This document shows, piece after piece, positions 24,548 to 36,200 of a stretch of 64,000 nt of DNA. A model generated the notes under the pieces. It ran no database searches. It was not told the origin of the DNA and worked only from the letters and a program-made list of their open reading frames with translations. This DNA is from Macrostomum lignano. Its lineage: Eukaryota. How positions within the stretch are numbered: the stretch's first letter is position 1; every line of letters begins with the position of its first letter. The stretch spans positions 130,764 through 194,763 of the forward strand of contig NIVC01002193.1 of the NCBI GenBank assembly GCA_002269645.1, written 5' to 3'. A program made the translations under genes and the position numbers.

Positions 24548-27500
24548 GCTGGCCCCTCGAGTGCACAGCGAGCAGTGCAGCCTGGCACCGGATCGGCAGC
24601 GGCTGCAGCAGCAACAGTTGCGAATCCATGCAAGCAGCAGCTCGGCCCCGAATCCTCGCAGGCGACGCTCCGACGTCGGCTACTTCAGCCTGGTCACGCC
24701 GGCGCCGCTGGTGGCGCCAAAGACGTCGCCTCAGCGACTGCGTCAGCGGCAAACAAATCAGAGCCGACAACAGCTGACTGTCTTTCCCGGCTGGTGCCAC
24801 GGCTGCCGACTGTGCATGGGCTGCGAGCTGCTGACTGCGCCGCAGTGAGTCCGGGGGTTGAGGATCAGTTCGGAGTGTCCTTTTTGTGGATTTTAGTGCA
24901 CACTGTCATCCGGACTGATTAGCAACAATTGTTGAGCTAGGTTAGTGTAGCTTAGGCCGCATTAATTTGGGTCCCAATTCAAGGCACAGAGGGTGTACAT
25001 GTCTGACGATTAGAAAGTCAGGGCCGCTGTACACCCTGTGTGAGCTGTGTATGACAGGTGCCTGCGTACAGGTGCTGGCCAGGTTGAACAGGTGCTGGAC
25101 AGGTTGAACAGGTGCTGGCCAGGTTGAACAGGTGCTTGACAGGTTGAACAGGTGCTGGACAGGTTGAACAGGTTCTTGACAGGTTGAACAGGTGCTTGAC
25201 AGGTTGAACAGGTGCTGGCCAGGTTGAACAGGTGCTGGACCGGTTGAACAGGTGCTGGACAGGTTGAACAGGTGCTGGACCGGTTGAACAGGTGCTGGCC
25301 AGGTTGAACAGGTGCTAGAAAGGTTGAACAGGTGCTGGCTGGATTGAACAGGTGCTGGCCAGGTTGAACGGGTGCTAGAAAGGTTGAACAGGTGCTGGAG
25401 AGTTTGAACAGGTGCTGGCCAGGTTGAACGGGTGCTAGAAATGTTGAACAGGTGCTGGCTGGATTGAACAGGTGCTGGCCAGGTTGAACAGGTGCTTGAC
25501 AGGTTGAACAGGTGCTTGACAGGTTGAACAGGTGCTGGCCAGGTTGAACAGGTGCTGGACCGGTTGAACAGGTGCTGGACAGGTTGAACAGGTGCTGGAC
25601 CGGTTGAACAGGTGCTGGACAGGTTGAACAGGTGCTAGAAAGGTTGAACAGGTGCTGGCTGGATTGAACAGGTGCTGGCCAGGTTGAACGGGTGCTGGCT
25701 AGACTGAACAGGTGCTGGAGAGTTTGAACAGGTGCTGGCCAGGTTGAACGGGTGCTAGAAAGGTTGAACAGGTGCTGGCTAGGTTGAACGGGTGCTAGAA
25801 AGGTTGAACAGGTGCTGGCTAGATTGAACCGGTGCTGGACAGTTTGAACAGGTGCTGGCCAAGTTGGTAAGATCCCTTAATATTCGTATTCTTTTTTAAA
25901 CCAAAAACATTATTTCAGTCTGCATCGAAATCCGGCCGACCAGCTTGTTGGTTGCTATGGCAACTGGCGGCAGCAGAGGGCGCTCACAGACTCAGAGGTG
26001 CGCCTGCTTAGTGGCGCCCGGCAACCGCGTCGACGGGGCTCCGGACAGATCGACAGAAACAGGTCGGAGTCGCCGGCCTCATCAGCGGCATCGGAGAGCC
26101 GTGAGTTTAGTGCGCCAGTGTTCTACTCATAGTAGAATAGCAAATATGCACTAAGAGTTTGTGCTTGAAAGGATAAGCACTATTTGCTGATTGAGAAAGG
26201 TTTTTGGGTTGATGAAGGAAACTTTTTTGGTTGATGAAAGTTTTGATTCATGGCAATTTGGTGTCATTTTTAAGGCCCCTCGGCGGGGGGGGGCTAAATG
26301 GCTAGTAGAGAACCTAGAGCATGACTGTGGGCTCGAACAGGTGAGAGAGGAAAGGGAATGAAGAGAAGACGGGAGGAGAGGAGAGAGGAGAGAGGAGAGA
26401 AGAGATGAGAGAAGAGGAGAGGAGAGGAGAGGAGAGGAGAGGAGAGGAGATGAGAGGAGAGGAGAGGAGAGGAGAGGAGATGAGATGAGAGAAGAGGAGA
26501 GGAAAGGGGAGGGGAGATTAGAGAGAACAGCGCTGATAAGAGATGTAAACGTTTAGCGGACCGGATTGCTATTGCAAAGTTTCATAGAGAGGCTTTGTAG
26601 GCAGTATATTGCCCGCGGGCCGGTGTTTGCCGACCCCTGGTCTATGGTCAAAACCCTCACTTCCGCTATATGCTATGGGCTATTCTTTCCTAGAAATCAT
26701 GCAGTGAATCGGTCTCCCGCTGCCACCCCCGCAACCGTTCGGTCGCGCCACAGCAGGCAAAAATTTAGAAACAAAACATTTCCCAACCGCTCTCGAAAAA
26801 ATCCAATATCTTCTATTGAGTTCTGTTTTAACAAAAGCCAGTCAGAAACATTCTCGGTTGGGCAGAGGGCCTGGGCTGTATCGTAAGGAAAGGGGATGGG
26901 GATTGGGATTACGAAATTATGAAAGCTTCTGCAGCAGTCCCAGCCTGGATACAGTTAGATACGGGCAAGGGGATGGGGAATAAATGACGCGAATGAAAAG
27001 GGGAAAAAAGCTGAGAGGCGGGTAGGGGACGGGTCGCAACAGAGTGGGATAAAAGTGCCTCATGAAAACATTTACTTCGAACGGGAATTTAGGACAATCA
27101 TTGTCCTGCCTCCCTTCATCACCCAGTGATCCCCGTGCCTGACTGGCTGGCCAGAGAGATGGCGGAGGCTGACGGCCGGACTGCTGAAGGCGGCAGCGGC
27201 GGAATCGCCAGACGAACTCCGCCGACGGATGTCGGACCCGATGAGGCTGGAGGCGGCGGCGACGGCTTCGACTGGGAGAAATTCGATGCCAATATCGATT
27301 TAGACAAGGACGGAAGCAACTGGTTCGAGGACTACGATAGAAGCAGCCACGAGTTCGAGTTTATCAGCGATGCGGATGCCGCCATGAGCGTCAGCAACAT
27401 CATCAAGGTGACGGTGAGTCAGCGGTCGGCTGAGGCCTTGCATTTGGCGGCGGCGGAGGTGCAGGAGAATGCGGAGTCAGCTGAAGAGGCGGGAGCAACG

Positions 27501-28155
27501 GAAGCTACGAAAGCAACGGAAGCTACGAAAGCAACGGAAGCTACGAAAGCAACGGAAGCTACGAAAGCAACGGAAGCTACGAAAGCAACGGAAGCTACGA
27601 AAGCAACGGAAGCTACGAAAGCAACGGAAGCTACGAAAGCAACGGAAGCTACGAAAGCAACGGAAGCTACGAAAGCAACGGAAGCTACGAAAGCAACGGA
27701 AGCTACGAAAGCAACGGAAGCTACGAAAGCAACGGAAGCTACGAAAGCAACGGAAGCTACGAAAGCAACGGAAGCTACGAAAGCAACGGAAGCTACGAAA
27801 GCAACGGAAGCTACGAAAGCAACGGAAGCTACGAAAGCAACGGAAGCTACGAAAGCAACGGAAGCTACGAAAGCAACGGAAGCTACGAAAGCAACGGAAG
27901 CTACGAAAGCAACGGAAGCTACGAAAGCAACGGAAGCTACGAAAGCAACGGAAGCTACGAAAGCAACGGAAGCTACGAAAGCAACGGAAGCTACGAAAGC
28001 AACGGAAGCTACGAAAGCAACGGAAGCTACGAAAGCAACGGAAGCTACGAAATCAACGGAAGCTACAGAAGAGACGAGAGAGTCGGATACGACGAAAATT
28101 GCGGAAGCAACGAAATCGACAGAAGCGATTAACGAAGCGGAGGATGCAGAAGATG
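24548..28155 (+). CDS. Partial multi-exon gene of unknown function; exons 24548-24844, 25919-26100, 27127-28155 (or 27127-27413)
   Basis: Three exons with AG/GT boundaries and mutually consistent phases (2/2, 2/1, 1/-) give an open frame LAPRVHSEQ...WCHGCRLCMGCELL...HLHRNPADQLVG...LIPVPDWLAREMAE.... Start and end not determined; no family recognised. Confidence 0.55.
24958..25065 (+). mobile_element. Degenerate fragment of the same SINE family
   Basis: ATTAATTTGGG...AAGGCACAG..GTGTACATG..GATTAGAAAGTCAGGGCCGCTGTACACCCTGTGTGAG aligns to the middle of the copies at 9546 and 37186. Confidence 0.6.
25069..25862. repeat. Intronic minisatellite, 20 bp (CAGGTTGAACAGGTGCTGGN)
   Basis: Tandem units read directly. 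Confidence 0.95.
26290..26639 (-). mobile_element. hAT(Charlie-like) element end, copy B, inverted relative to copy A
   Basis: Minus strand from 26639 reads CAGGGGTCGGCAAACACCGGCCCGCGGGC, a typical hAT-Charlie terminus, followed by the motifs shared with copy A and a CT-rich tract. Confidence 0.6.
27495..28052 (+). repeat. 31 perfect copies of an 18-bp unit (GCAACGGAAGCTACGAAA), probably coding (ATEATK)n
   Basis: 558 bp = 31 x 18; flanked in frame by diverged versions (AEEAGATE; STEATEE, AEATKSTEA). Confidence 0.9.
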
Positions 28156-28649
28156 GTGAGGGCGATTATATTTTCATGCATTAATCAATTCCAGATATTC
28201 ACACAAGTTTTACAATATTTCCCGAACCTATTTATGTACTTTTGTATCATCCTATACGCTGTCCGTCACAACCCCATGACCGCTACAAATAAAAAGGTTG
28301 AATGCATTCTGTAAGCCTCGATGCGAGTACAGAATTGATGGCCCAGCATAATTCATTTTATCCAGCGATTAAAAGCAGATCGGACTGCTTTCAGCTAAAT
28401 CTGTCATTGTCAAAATCTGACAATCTGCTTTCGCAAGAAGGCAAAGTTAGACTTTAGGGCTTGTCCCGGATGAGCAAATAAGTTTCCTCACTAATGAGTT
28501 GTCCAGCTGTCACTCGTACGCCATCCAGTCAGTTTTTTTAATTGCATGCTTTACCTGTCACCCTGGCGTATGATACCTATTATAGCATTTGTGAGGCACT
28601 GACTGGCTCTGTATCACTTAGCCATGACTTTTTCCAAGGTTTGATGTTG

Positions 28650-29318
28650 GACTACTGGACCGCATCATTGCAGCCAGTGATAATGTGGAACTGGACCGCA
28701 TCATTGCAGCCAGTCATATAGAGAAACTGGACCGCATCATTGCAGCCAGTCATATAGGGAAACTGGACCGCATCATTACAGCCAGTCATATAGGGAAACT
28801 GGACCGCATCATTACAGCCAGTCATATAGGGAAACTGGACCGCATCATTACAGCCAGTCATATAGGGAAACTGGACCGCATCATTGCAGCCAGTCATATA
28901 GGGAAACTGGACCGCATCATTACAGCCAGTCATATAGGGAAACTGGACCGCATCATTGCAGCCAGTCATATAGGGAAACTGGACCGCATCATTACAGCCA
29001 GTCATATAGGGAAACTGGACTGCATCATTGCAGCCAGTCATATAGGGAAACTGGACCGCATCATTACAGCCAGTCATATAGGGAAACTGGACCGCATCAT
29101 TGCAGCCAGTCATATAGGGAAACTGGACTGCATCATTGCAGCCAGTCATATAGGGAAACTGGACCGCATCATTGCAGCCAGTCATATAGGGAAACTGGAC
29201 CGCATCATTGCAGCCAGTCATATAGGGAAACTGGACCGCATCATTGCAGCCAGTCATATAGGGAAACTGGACCGCATCATTGCAGCCAGTCATATAGGGA
29301 AACTGGACCGCATCATTG
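28650..29318. repeat. Minisatellite, 36 bp (ACTGGACCGCATCATTGCAGCCAGTCATATAGGGAA)
   Basis: Tandem units; explains ORFs 28652 and 28685. Confidence 0.95.
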
Positions 29319-30002
29319 TGTCCATATGACCACAAAGTAAAGATTCCTCTTTCTGTCACGTGTTTTCTCATATTCACTCACTCACTCACCAACCATTTTT
29401 GTTGACTTTCACCAAATTTTCACAGAGAATTCGTCACCTGAATTCGCCACCAAAGGCCGCTTGCCTCGCAGCAGTGTGGCCGCGTCGAACGCCTCAATCG
29501 AGCCCAACCGCGCGAGAAGATTCCGGAGCAAAGGTGTTTTATTGTTTGACTTTTTGCTGTTCAAGCTTGACTGCGAACCCCTGTTTTATGTTTCATTTAT
29601 TTGCTAATCTCAAAGCCACCCACCGCACTGTCACATCGCCGAGCAGCAGTGATAAGAGTTCCGACTGCCGCGGCTGCCGCAGCCTTTCTAGTCAGATTTT
29701 CTAAGAATCGTCGGGGAGCTGCGGAGTCGACCGAGAGACGCTTGGCGGCCAGCGCCTACCGATGGCTCCGGTCGGGTATCGGCTTCCGCTTCCGGTTTTT
29801 TCGCCTCCCTAAGCATTTTTAGTTGCGGTTTTTCCCGCCTGTCTTAGTGACTGTCAACTTGTTGTTGACGTAATTTTGCAGGTGCACTATGCTGATAGAG
29901 TTTTGTTGTTAGTCCGCTTTCTGATGTTTAAATGTGCGTGCAGTTACACCCACTGCATTTTATTTTAGTCACGGTTAGCAGAGTAGAGAGAATTGAAGAG
30001 AG

Positions 30003-30806
30003 GAACAGGATGGATTGCTAATCTAGCCTACATCAATGAAGGAATAGAATGGATTGCTAATCTAGCCTACATCGATGAAGGAATAGAATGGATGGCTAGT
30101 CTAGCCTATATCAATGAAGGAATAGAATGGATGGCTAGTCTAGCCTACATCAATAAAGGAATAGAATGGATTGCTAATCTAGCCTACATCGATGAAGGAA
30201 TAGAATGGATTGCTAATCTAGCCTACATCAATGAAGGAATAGAATGCATTGCTAATCTAGCCTTCATCAATAAAGGAATAGAATGGATTGCTAATCTAGC
30301 CTACATCAATAAAGGAATAGAATGGATTGCTAATCTAGCCTACATCAATAAAGGAATAGAATGGATTGCTAATCTAGCCTACATCAATGAAGGAATAGAA
30401 TGGATTGCTAATCTAGCCTATATCAATAAAGTAATAGAATGGATTGCTAATCTAGCCTACATCAATAAAGGGATAGAATGGATTGCTAATCTAGCCTAAA
30501 TCAATAAAGGGATAGAATGGATTGCTAATCTAGCCTAAATCAATGAAGGAATAGAATGGATTGCTAATCTAGCCTACATCAATAAAGGAATAGAATGGAT
30601 TGCTAATCTAGCCTACATCAATAAAGGGATAGAATGGATTGCTAATCTAGCCTACATCAATAAAGGAATAGAATGGATTGCTAATCTAGCCTATATCAAT
30701 AAAGGAATAGAATGGATTGCTAATCTATGTCTAAATGAATGAAGGAATAGAATGGATTGCTAATCTAGCCTACATCAATGTAGGAACAGGGTGGATTGCT
30801 AATCTA
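30003..30806. repeat. Minisatellite, 39 bp (GAATAGAATGGATTGCTAATCTAGCCTACATCAATAAAG)
   Basis: Tandem units read directly. Confidence 0.95.
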
Positions 30807-31002
30807 TATCGGCTTCCCTCCGCTCCATGATGTTGCTTTCGCTTTGATAAAACCCGCTACCTTTATTCCATCTGTGAGCCACGTGACTCCTAGTCGCATA
30901 TATTTACAAAAAAAATTGATGCACCATCAGCTGCTGGATATTATTTAATCCTATTTATCGCATACACGCTGCTGTTCAATTAATTTCTGGCCCCACTTTC
31001 AG

Positions 31003-32248
31003 AGCCAATGTTTTTCAAGTCGCAGCCGAGGCGGAGGCCCACGATTCCGCGGGACCCGTTTTCCAAGAATCGCCAGTTCAAGCTGGTCAAACCGGCGCCG
31101 GTGCTCATCAAGCCGGCGCAGCAAAGAAAGCTCAGCTTTATAGACCCGGCCGTGATCCTGCGGAGACGCGTGCGTTGCTATGGAGACAGCTGGGCTGGCG
31201 GATTTGAGGGTGGAAGCTTTGATTGTGGAAGCTTTGATTGTGGAAGCTTTGATTGTGGAGGCTTTGATTGTGGAAGCTTTGATTTGTGGAAGCTTTGAAT
31301 GCGGAAGCTTTGATTGTGGAAGCTTTGATTTGTGGAAGCTTTGATTGTGGAAGCTTTGATTTGTGGAGGCTTTGATTGTGGAAGCTTTGATTGTGGAAGC
31401 TTTGATTTGTGGAGGCTTTGATTGTGGAAGCTTTGATTCTGGAAGCTTTGATTTGTGGAGGCTTTGATTGTGGAAGCTTTGATTGTGGAAGCTTTGAATG
31501 CGGAAGCTTTGATTGTGGAAGCTTTGATTTGTGGAAGCTTTGATTGTGGAAGCTTTGATTTGTGGAGGCTTTGATTGTGGAAGCTTTGATTGTGGAAGCT
31601 TTGATTTGTGGAGGCTTTGATTGTGGAAGCTTTGATTGTGGAAGCTTTGATTTGTGGAAGCTTTGATTTGTGGAAGCTTTGATTGTGGAAGCTTTGATTT
31701 GTGGAGGCTTTGATTGTGGAAGCTTTGATTGTGGAAGCTTTGATTTGTGGAGGCTTTGATTGTGGAAGCTTTGATTCTGGAAGCTTTGATTTGTGGAGGC
31801 TTTGATTGTGGAAGCTTTGATTGTGGAAGCTTTGAATGCGGAAGCTTTGATTGTGGAAGCTTTGATTTGTGGAAGCTTTGATTGTGGAAGCTTTGATTTG
31901 TGGAGGCTTTGATTGTGGAAGCTTTGATTGTGGAAGCTTTGATTTGTGGAGGCTTTGATTGTGGAAGCTTTGATTGTGGAAGCTTTGATTTGTGGAAGCT
32001 TTGATTGTGGAAGCTTTGATTTGTGGAGGCTTTGATTGTGGAAGCTTTGATTCTGGAAGCTTTCAATGCAATGCGGAAGCTCTGAGGTTGACAGGCGCTA
32101 CACTGAGGCTCTGAGGAAGAAAAAAGTTTTAATTGCAATTGCAGCAGGAGAAGCGGGAGGCGGCCAGACTCGCGAAGGCGGCAGCGAAACCGCACCAGAA
32201 GAAGGTGGCTTTCTCCAAGAAAGTGACAGTTCACGGGGAGAGCGAAGC
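31003..32248 (+). CDS. Candidate exons 31003-31169 and 32145-32248 of an unknown basic protein
   Basis: AG/GT-bounded GC-rich segments reading PMFFKSQPRRRPTIPRDPFSKNRQFKLV... and QEKREAARLAKAAAKPHQKKVAFSKKVTV; linkage to neighbouring exons unresolved. Confidence 0.35.
31211..32063. repeat. Minisatellite, 15/16 bp (GAAGCTTTGAT(T)TGTG)
   Basis: Tandem units; explains ORF 30999..32327. Confidence 0.95.
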
Positions 32249-33286
32249 GTAAGCATTTTTGTGTGAATCTCCCATATTCGAGACAGGCACAGTGACCGCA
32301 TTGACTGGTGCACTTGCAGGAAGCCAAATCAGATGACGGAAGCAGAAACGGAGGATCACCATGGCGATGGTGCAGGTGCGGAGTTCAGTTGGGTCAATAC
32401 CTTGAATCTGATTAAAGCATACAGATGGGGCTTGCTGTGCCATTCTCGCCCGTGAGGGCCAGCCCCCAAGGCCCTGTCGGCAGGTCAGCTTAGCGCCTTG
32501 ATTTGCCGCAGTTTACGAGCCCAAAGTCCCAGCTGCAGCACAAACAAAATGAATTTGCCAGTCAACTTGAATCCTACTCAGATCCGATGGGAAAGTCAAT
32601 TGAGTTGGCTGACGAAGCTTTGAACTCCGAGCTTTCATCGAAATCTTCGTCGCTGTCGTCGACTTTTTCAATTTCGGCGCCGTCCGCCAGTTTGAGCTCG
32701 ACGAGTGCCGAGCAGCCGGATCGGCCGGAAACTGTGATGGGGATTCTCTGTTACGAAGAGCAGAACTCCTGCTTCAGTTCCTCGCCCTCGCCCTCGCCCT
32801 CGCCCTCGACCCCGCCCTCGTCCTCGCCCCCGACGATAGAACGGGACACGCCTTTGAAATCCCACTCGGACTCGCCGATGGACCGGGACAGATCTGTTTC
32901 AGTCTCAAGTCCTGAGCCTGCATCGGATAAGCGATCACCAGTGCCGGAGTCACCAGAGTATCAAGCTGCTGAGGCTGGTGTCGCCATTAGTCGGACACAT
33001 CCTGGTGGGACGAATTTCTCAAAAGATGAAGCAAAATTCACCATTCATTCCCATAATTTCCCCATCCGCTCAATCGATTTTTATTAAACTCGTTCCTGAC
33101 CAACCCTTTTTTACGAGTGCATGAGCGTAATTTCCTACTAAGAGTAGAAAACATTGTTTTCGTTTTTTATATTGAAAAGCTCACGAATTCACGAGTTTAC
33201 CTCTACAATATGCAATTTTCACATGTTCACCGTATAAAGTTATTCCGCATTGACAACCAAACTTGCATGTTAAATTTAATTTCCCG

Positions 33287-36200
33287 GAAATGAAGACGAT
33301 TCTGCAACTTCGTCGGAAGTCGATGGGGATGATGAACAAGAGGATCCGCCCGTGCCACCGCCGCCTCAGCTGCTGACAGTAAGTTTCCTTATGGTTGCTG
33401 GCTTTCATTTCAAGTAGCATTCAGGATTCGGAGTGGCGTATTTGGGATTAGGAGTTGCAACTTCAGGATTCGGAGTGGCACTTTCAGGATCCAGAGTGGC
33501 ACTTTCAGGATTCGGAGTGGCAATTTCAGGATCGAGAGTGGCACTATCAGGATTCGGAGTGGCACTTTCAGGATTCGGAGTGGCACTTTCAGGATCCAGA
33601 GTGGCACTTTCAGGATTCGGAGTGGAACTTTCAGGATGCAGAGTGGCACTTTCAGGATTCGGAGTGGCACTTTCAGGATTCGGAGTGGCACTTTGAAGAT
33701 TCAGAGTGGCACTATCAGGATTCGGAGTGGCACTTTCAGGATTCGGAGTGGCACTTTCAGGATCCAGAGTGGCACTTTCAGGATTCGGAGTGGAACTTTC
33801 AGGATGCAGAGTGGCACTTTCAGGATTCGGAGTGGCACTTTCAGGATTCGGAGTGGCACTTTGAAGATTCAGAGTGGCACTTTCAGGATTCGGAGTGGCA
33901 CTTTCAGAATTTGGAGTGGCACTTTCAAAATCCAAATCGGCAAAGTCTCCCTCCAAGTAAGGATGGCAACTGAGAACTCAAATGAGCAGCTTCACGTCTC
34001 TTACCTGGCGCCAACATGGAACGGCTGTGAAAATTTCTTTATCAATTTTGCAGAGAACTGTGTCCGTGAACTCGGACTCGAAGCGCCCGCCCCCAGTGTC
34101 ACTGCCGCCGCTGCCTCAGCTGCCGCCGGTCCCGCAGCGACGGGCACCGCCTCCGCAGAGAGGAGCGCCTGTCAGGTGACAAGCTTAGGGGCGAATTATT
34201 CACTATAATATCATTTTGCAACTTTCTCTGCGACATGTAATCACCGTTTCCTCATTGTTAATCACCGGTTCCTCATTGTTAATCACCGTTTCCTCATTGT
34301 TAATCACCGGTTCCTCATTGTTAATCACCGGTTCCTAATTGTTAATCACCGGTTCCTCATTGTTAATCACCGGTTCCTCATTGTTAATCACCGGTTCCTA
34401 ATTGTTAATCACCGTTTCCTCATTGTTAATCACCGGTTCCTCATTGTTAATCCCCGGTTCCTCATTGTTAATAACCGGTTCCTCATTGTTAATCACCGGT
34501 TCCTCATTGTTAATTACCGGTTCCTCATTTTTAATCACTGGTTTCCAGTCTTATAATTTACTGGTTCTTCATTGCTAATCACCGGTTCCTCAGGTTAATC
34601 CCCGGTTCCTCATTGTTAATCACCGGTTCCCCATTGTTAATCACCAGTTCCCCATTGTTAATCCCCGGTTCCTCATAGTTAATCACCGGTTCCTCATTGT
34701 TAATTACCGGTTCCTCATAGTTAATCACCGGTTCCCAGCCTTGTAATTTACCGGTTCCTCATTGTTAATCACCGGTTCCTCATAGTTAATCCCCGTTCCC
34801 CATTGTTAATCCCCGGTTCTCCATAGTTAATCCCCGGTTCCTCATAGTTAATCCCCGTTCCCCATTGTTAATCCCCGGTTCTCCATAGTTAATCCCCGGT
34901 TCCTCATAGTTAATCCCCGGTTCCCCATTGTTAATCCCCGGTTCCCCATTGTTAATCCCCGGTTCTCCATAGTTAATCCCCGGTTCCTCATAGTTAATCC
35001 CCGGTTCCCCATTGTTAATCCCCGGTTCCCCATTGTTAATCCCCGGTTCCCCATTGTTATCCCGGTTCCCTGTCGCAATTCCCCCAATGCCCCTGATTCC
35101 TCACCACCTGACAGCGGTAAGCACTTTTACGGTTGCATTCCCCAAGCTAGATCTCTGAAAATGAGACTCAGACAGCATAAAGAGGATTCCAACATCAAGA
35201 AGAAAGCTGCCCAGAAATTCGACCAGCTCCTTTGTCTTTGCTGTCATGCAAAGAAACTTTGTTCTGGCTATTGTCCTGCCTAAGACAAGAAAAATATTTG
35301 CCTAGGCGCTTCTCCGCTGGCCTGCTAAGCAAGAACTAGAATGCTTTTAGCTTATCGATTTCCTGCCGGAGAGGCAGAAGCTGAGAAATAAATAGTCTAC
35401 AGACGAGTCCATAGCAACTGGGTGCAACGCGTATTTTCACTAAAAGCAGAAGGGCACGCGTAAATATTGAAACAGCTGAAATTTGCACAGAGCAGCGCCA
35501 GGAGAAGCAGAAACTGCAAAAGCAGCAACAGCAGGAAGGAGAGGAAGATGCAGACAGTCAGTCAGAGCAGCAGACTGCCGGCTCTCCTTGGCAGCAGAAG
35601 CAGAAAATCTTACAAAGCCTGGCGCCGCGCTCAATTCTCCAGGCTGGCTGGTCACGGCCGACCCCCGAGAATGCCGCCGCCGCCGCCACCGCCACCAAAG
35701 TCCACGCGGCTTCCGCAGCTCCCAGCTCGGGCGGCTTCCACCGAGACCTCGACGGACGACTCGGCGTCCGCTTTGTCGGATTCGCCGCTGGACTTTCTCT
35801 CCCGCTACTGCATCGTGCACGCGCACCGGCTGCCGGCTTACGAGGCGGTTTTCCGACGGGTTGTTGCTAAGCAACCGTTCCGATACGAGCCCTACAGAGA
35901 CATTGCAGAGCAGGCGGAGCTGGCCGCGGCAGAAAGAGCGGCCGCTGCCTCCGCCAAGACCAGGGAAAGCTCCTCGACGACGGGATCGGCGGCATCCGGA
36001 CGGCGCCCCGCGGTTTCGGCGAGCTCCTCCTCGCCAATGGCACCGGCCGCCACTGACGGAGGCCCATCAATGGCAGAGCTGTCAACCGAGGAGCTGTACC
36101 ACCGCCAGCTGCGGTCCCGTGTTGGCGGCGCCCTGACCGAGGCGGAGCTCGCGCGGCTGACCAGGAAACTGCAGATCGGTCAGCTCGGCACCGCGTCGGC

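Noticed and set aside
21047-26647. GTCTATGG at 21047 and 26640 as an 8-bp TSD of one large hAT element
   Set aside because: Similarity continues beyond 8 bp (CAAAACCC.CAC) and there is no TIR at 21055; more likely two copies of another repeat end.
27469-28314. (KLRKQR)n cationic ORF as an adhesive or protamine-like protein
   Set aside because: It is an alternative frame of the stop-free 18-mer; splice phase and diverged flanks support the ATEATK frame.
32503-33087. 194-aa Ser/Pro-rich ORF
   Set aside because: No recognisable domain, and no splice phase linking it to adjacent exons; left unannotated.
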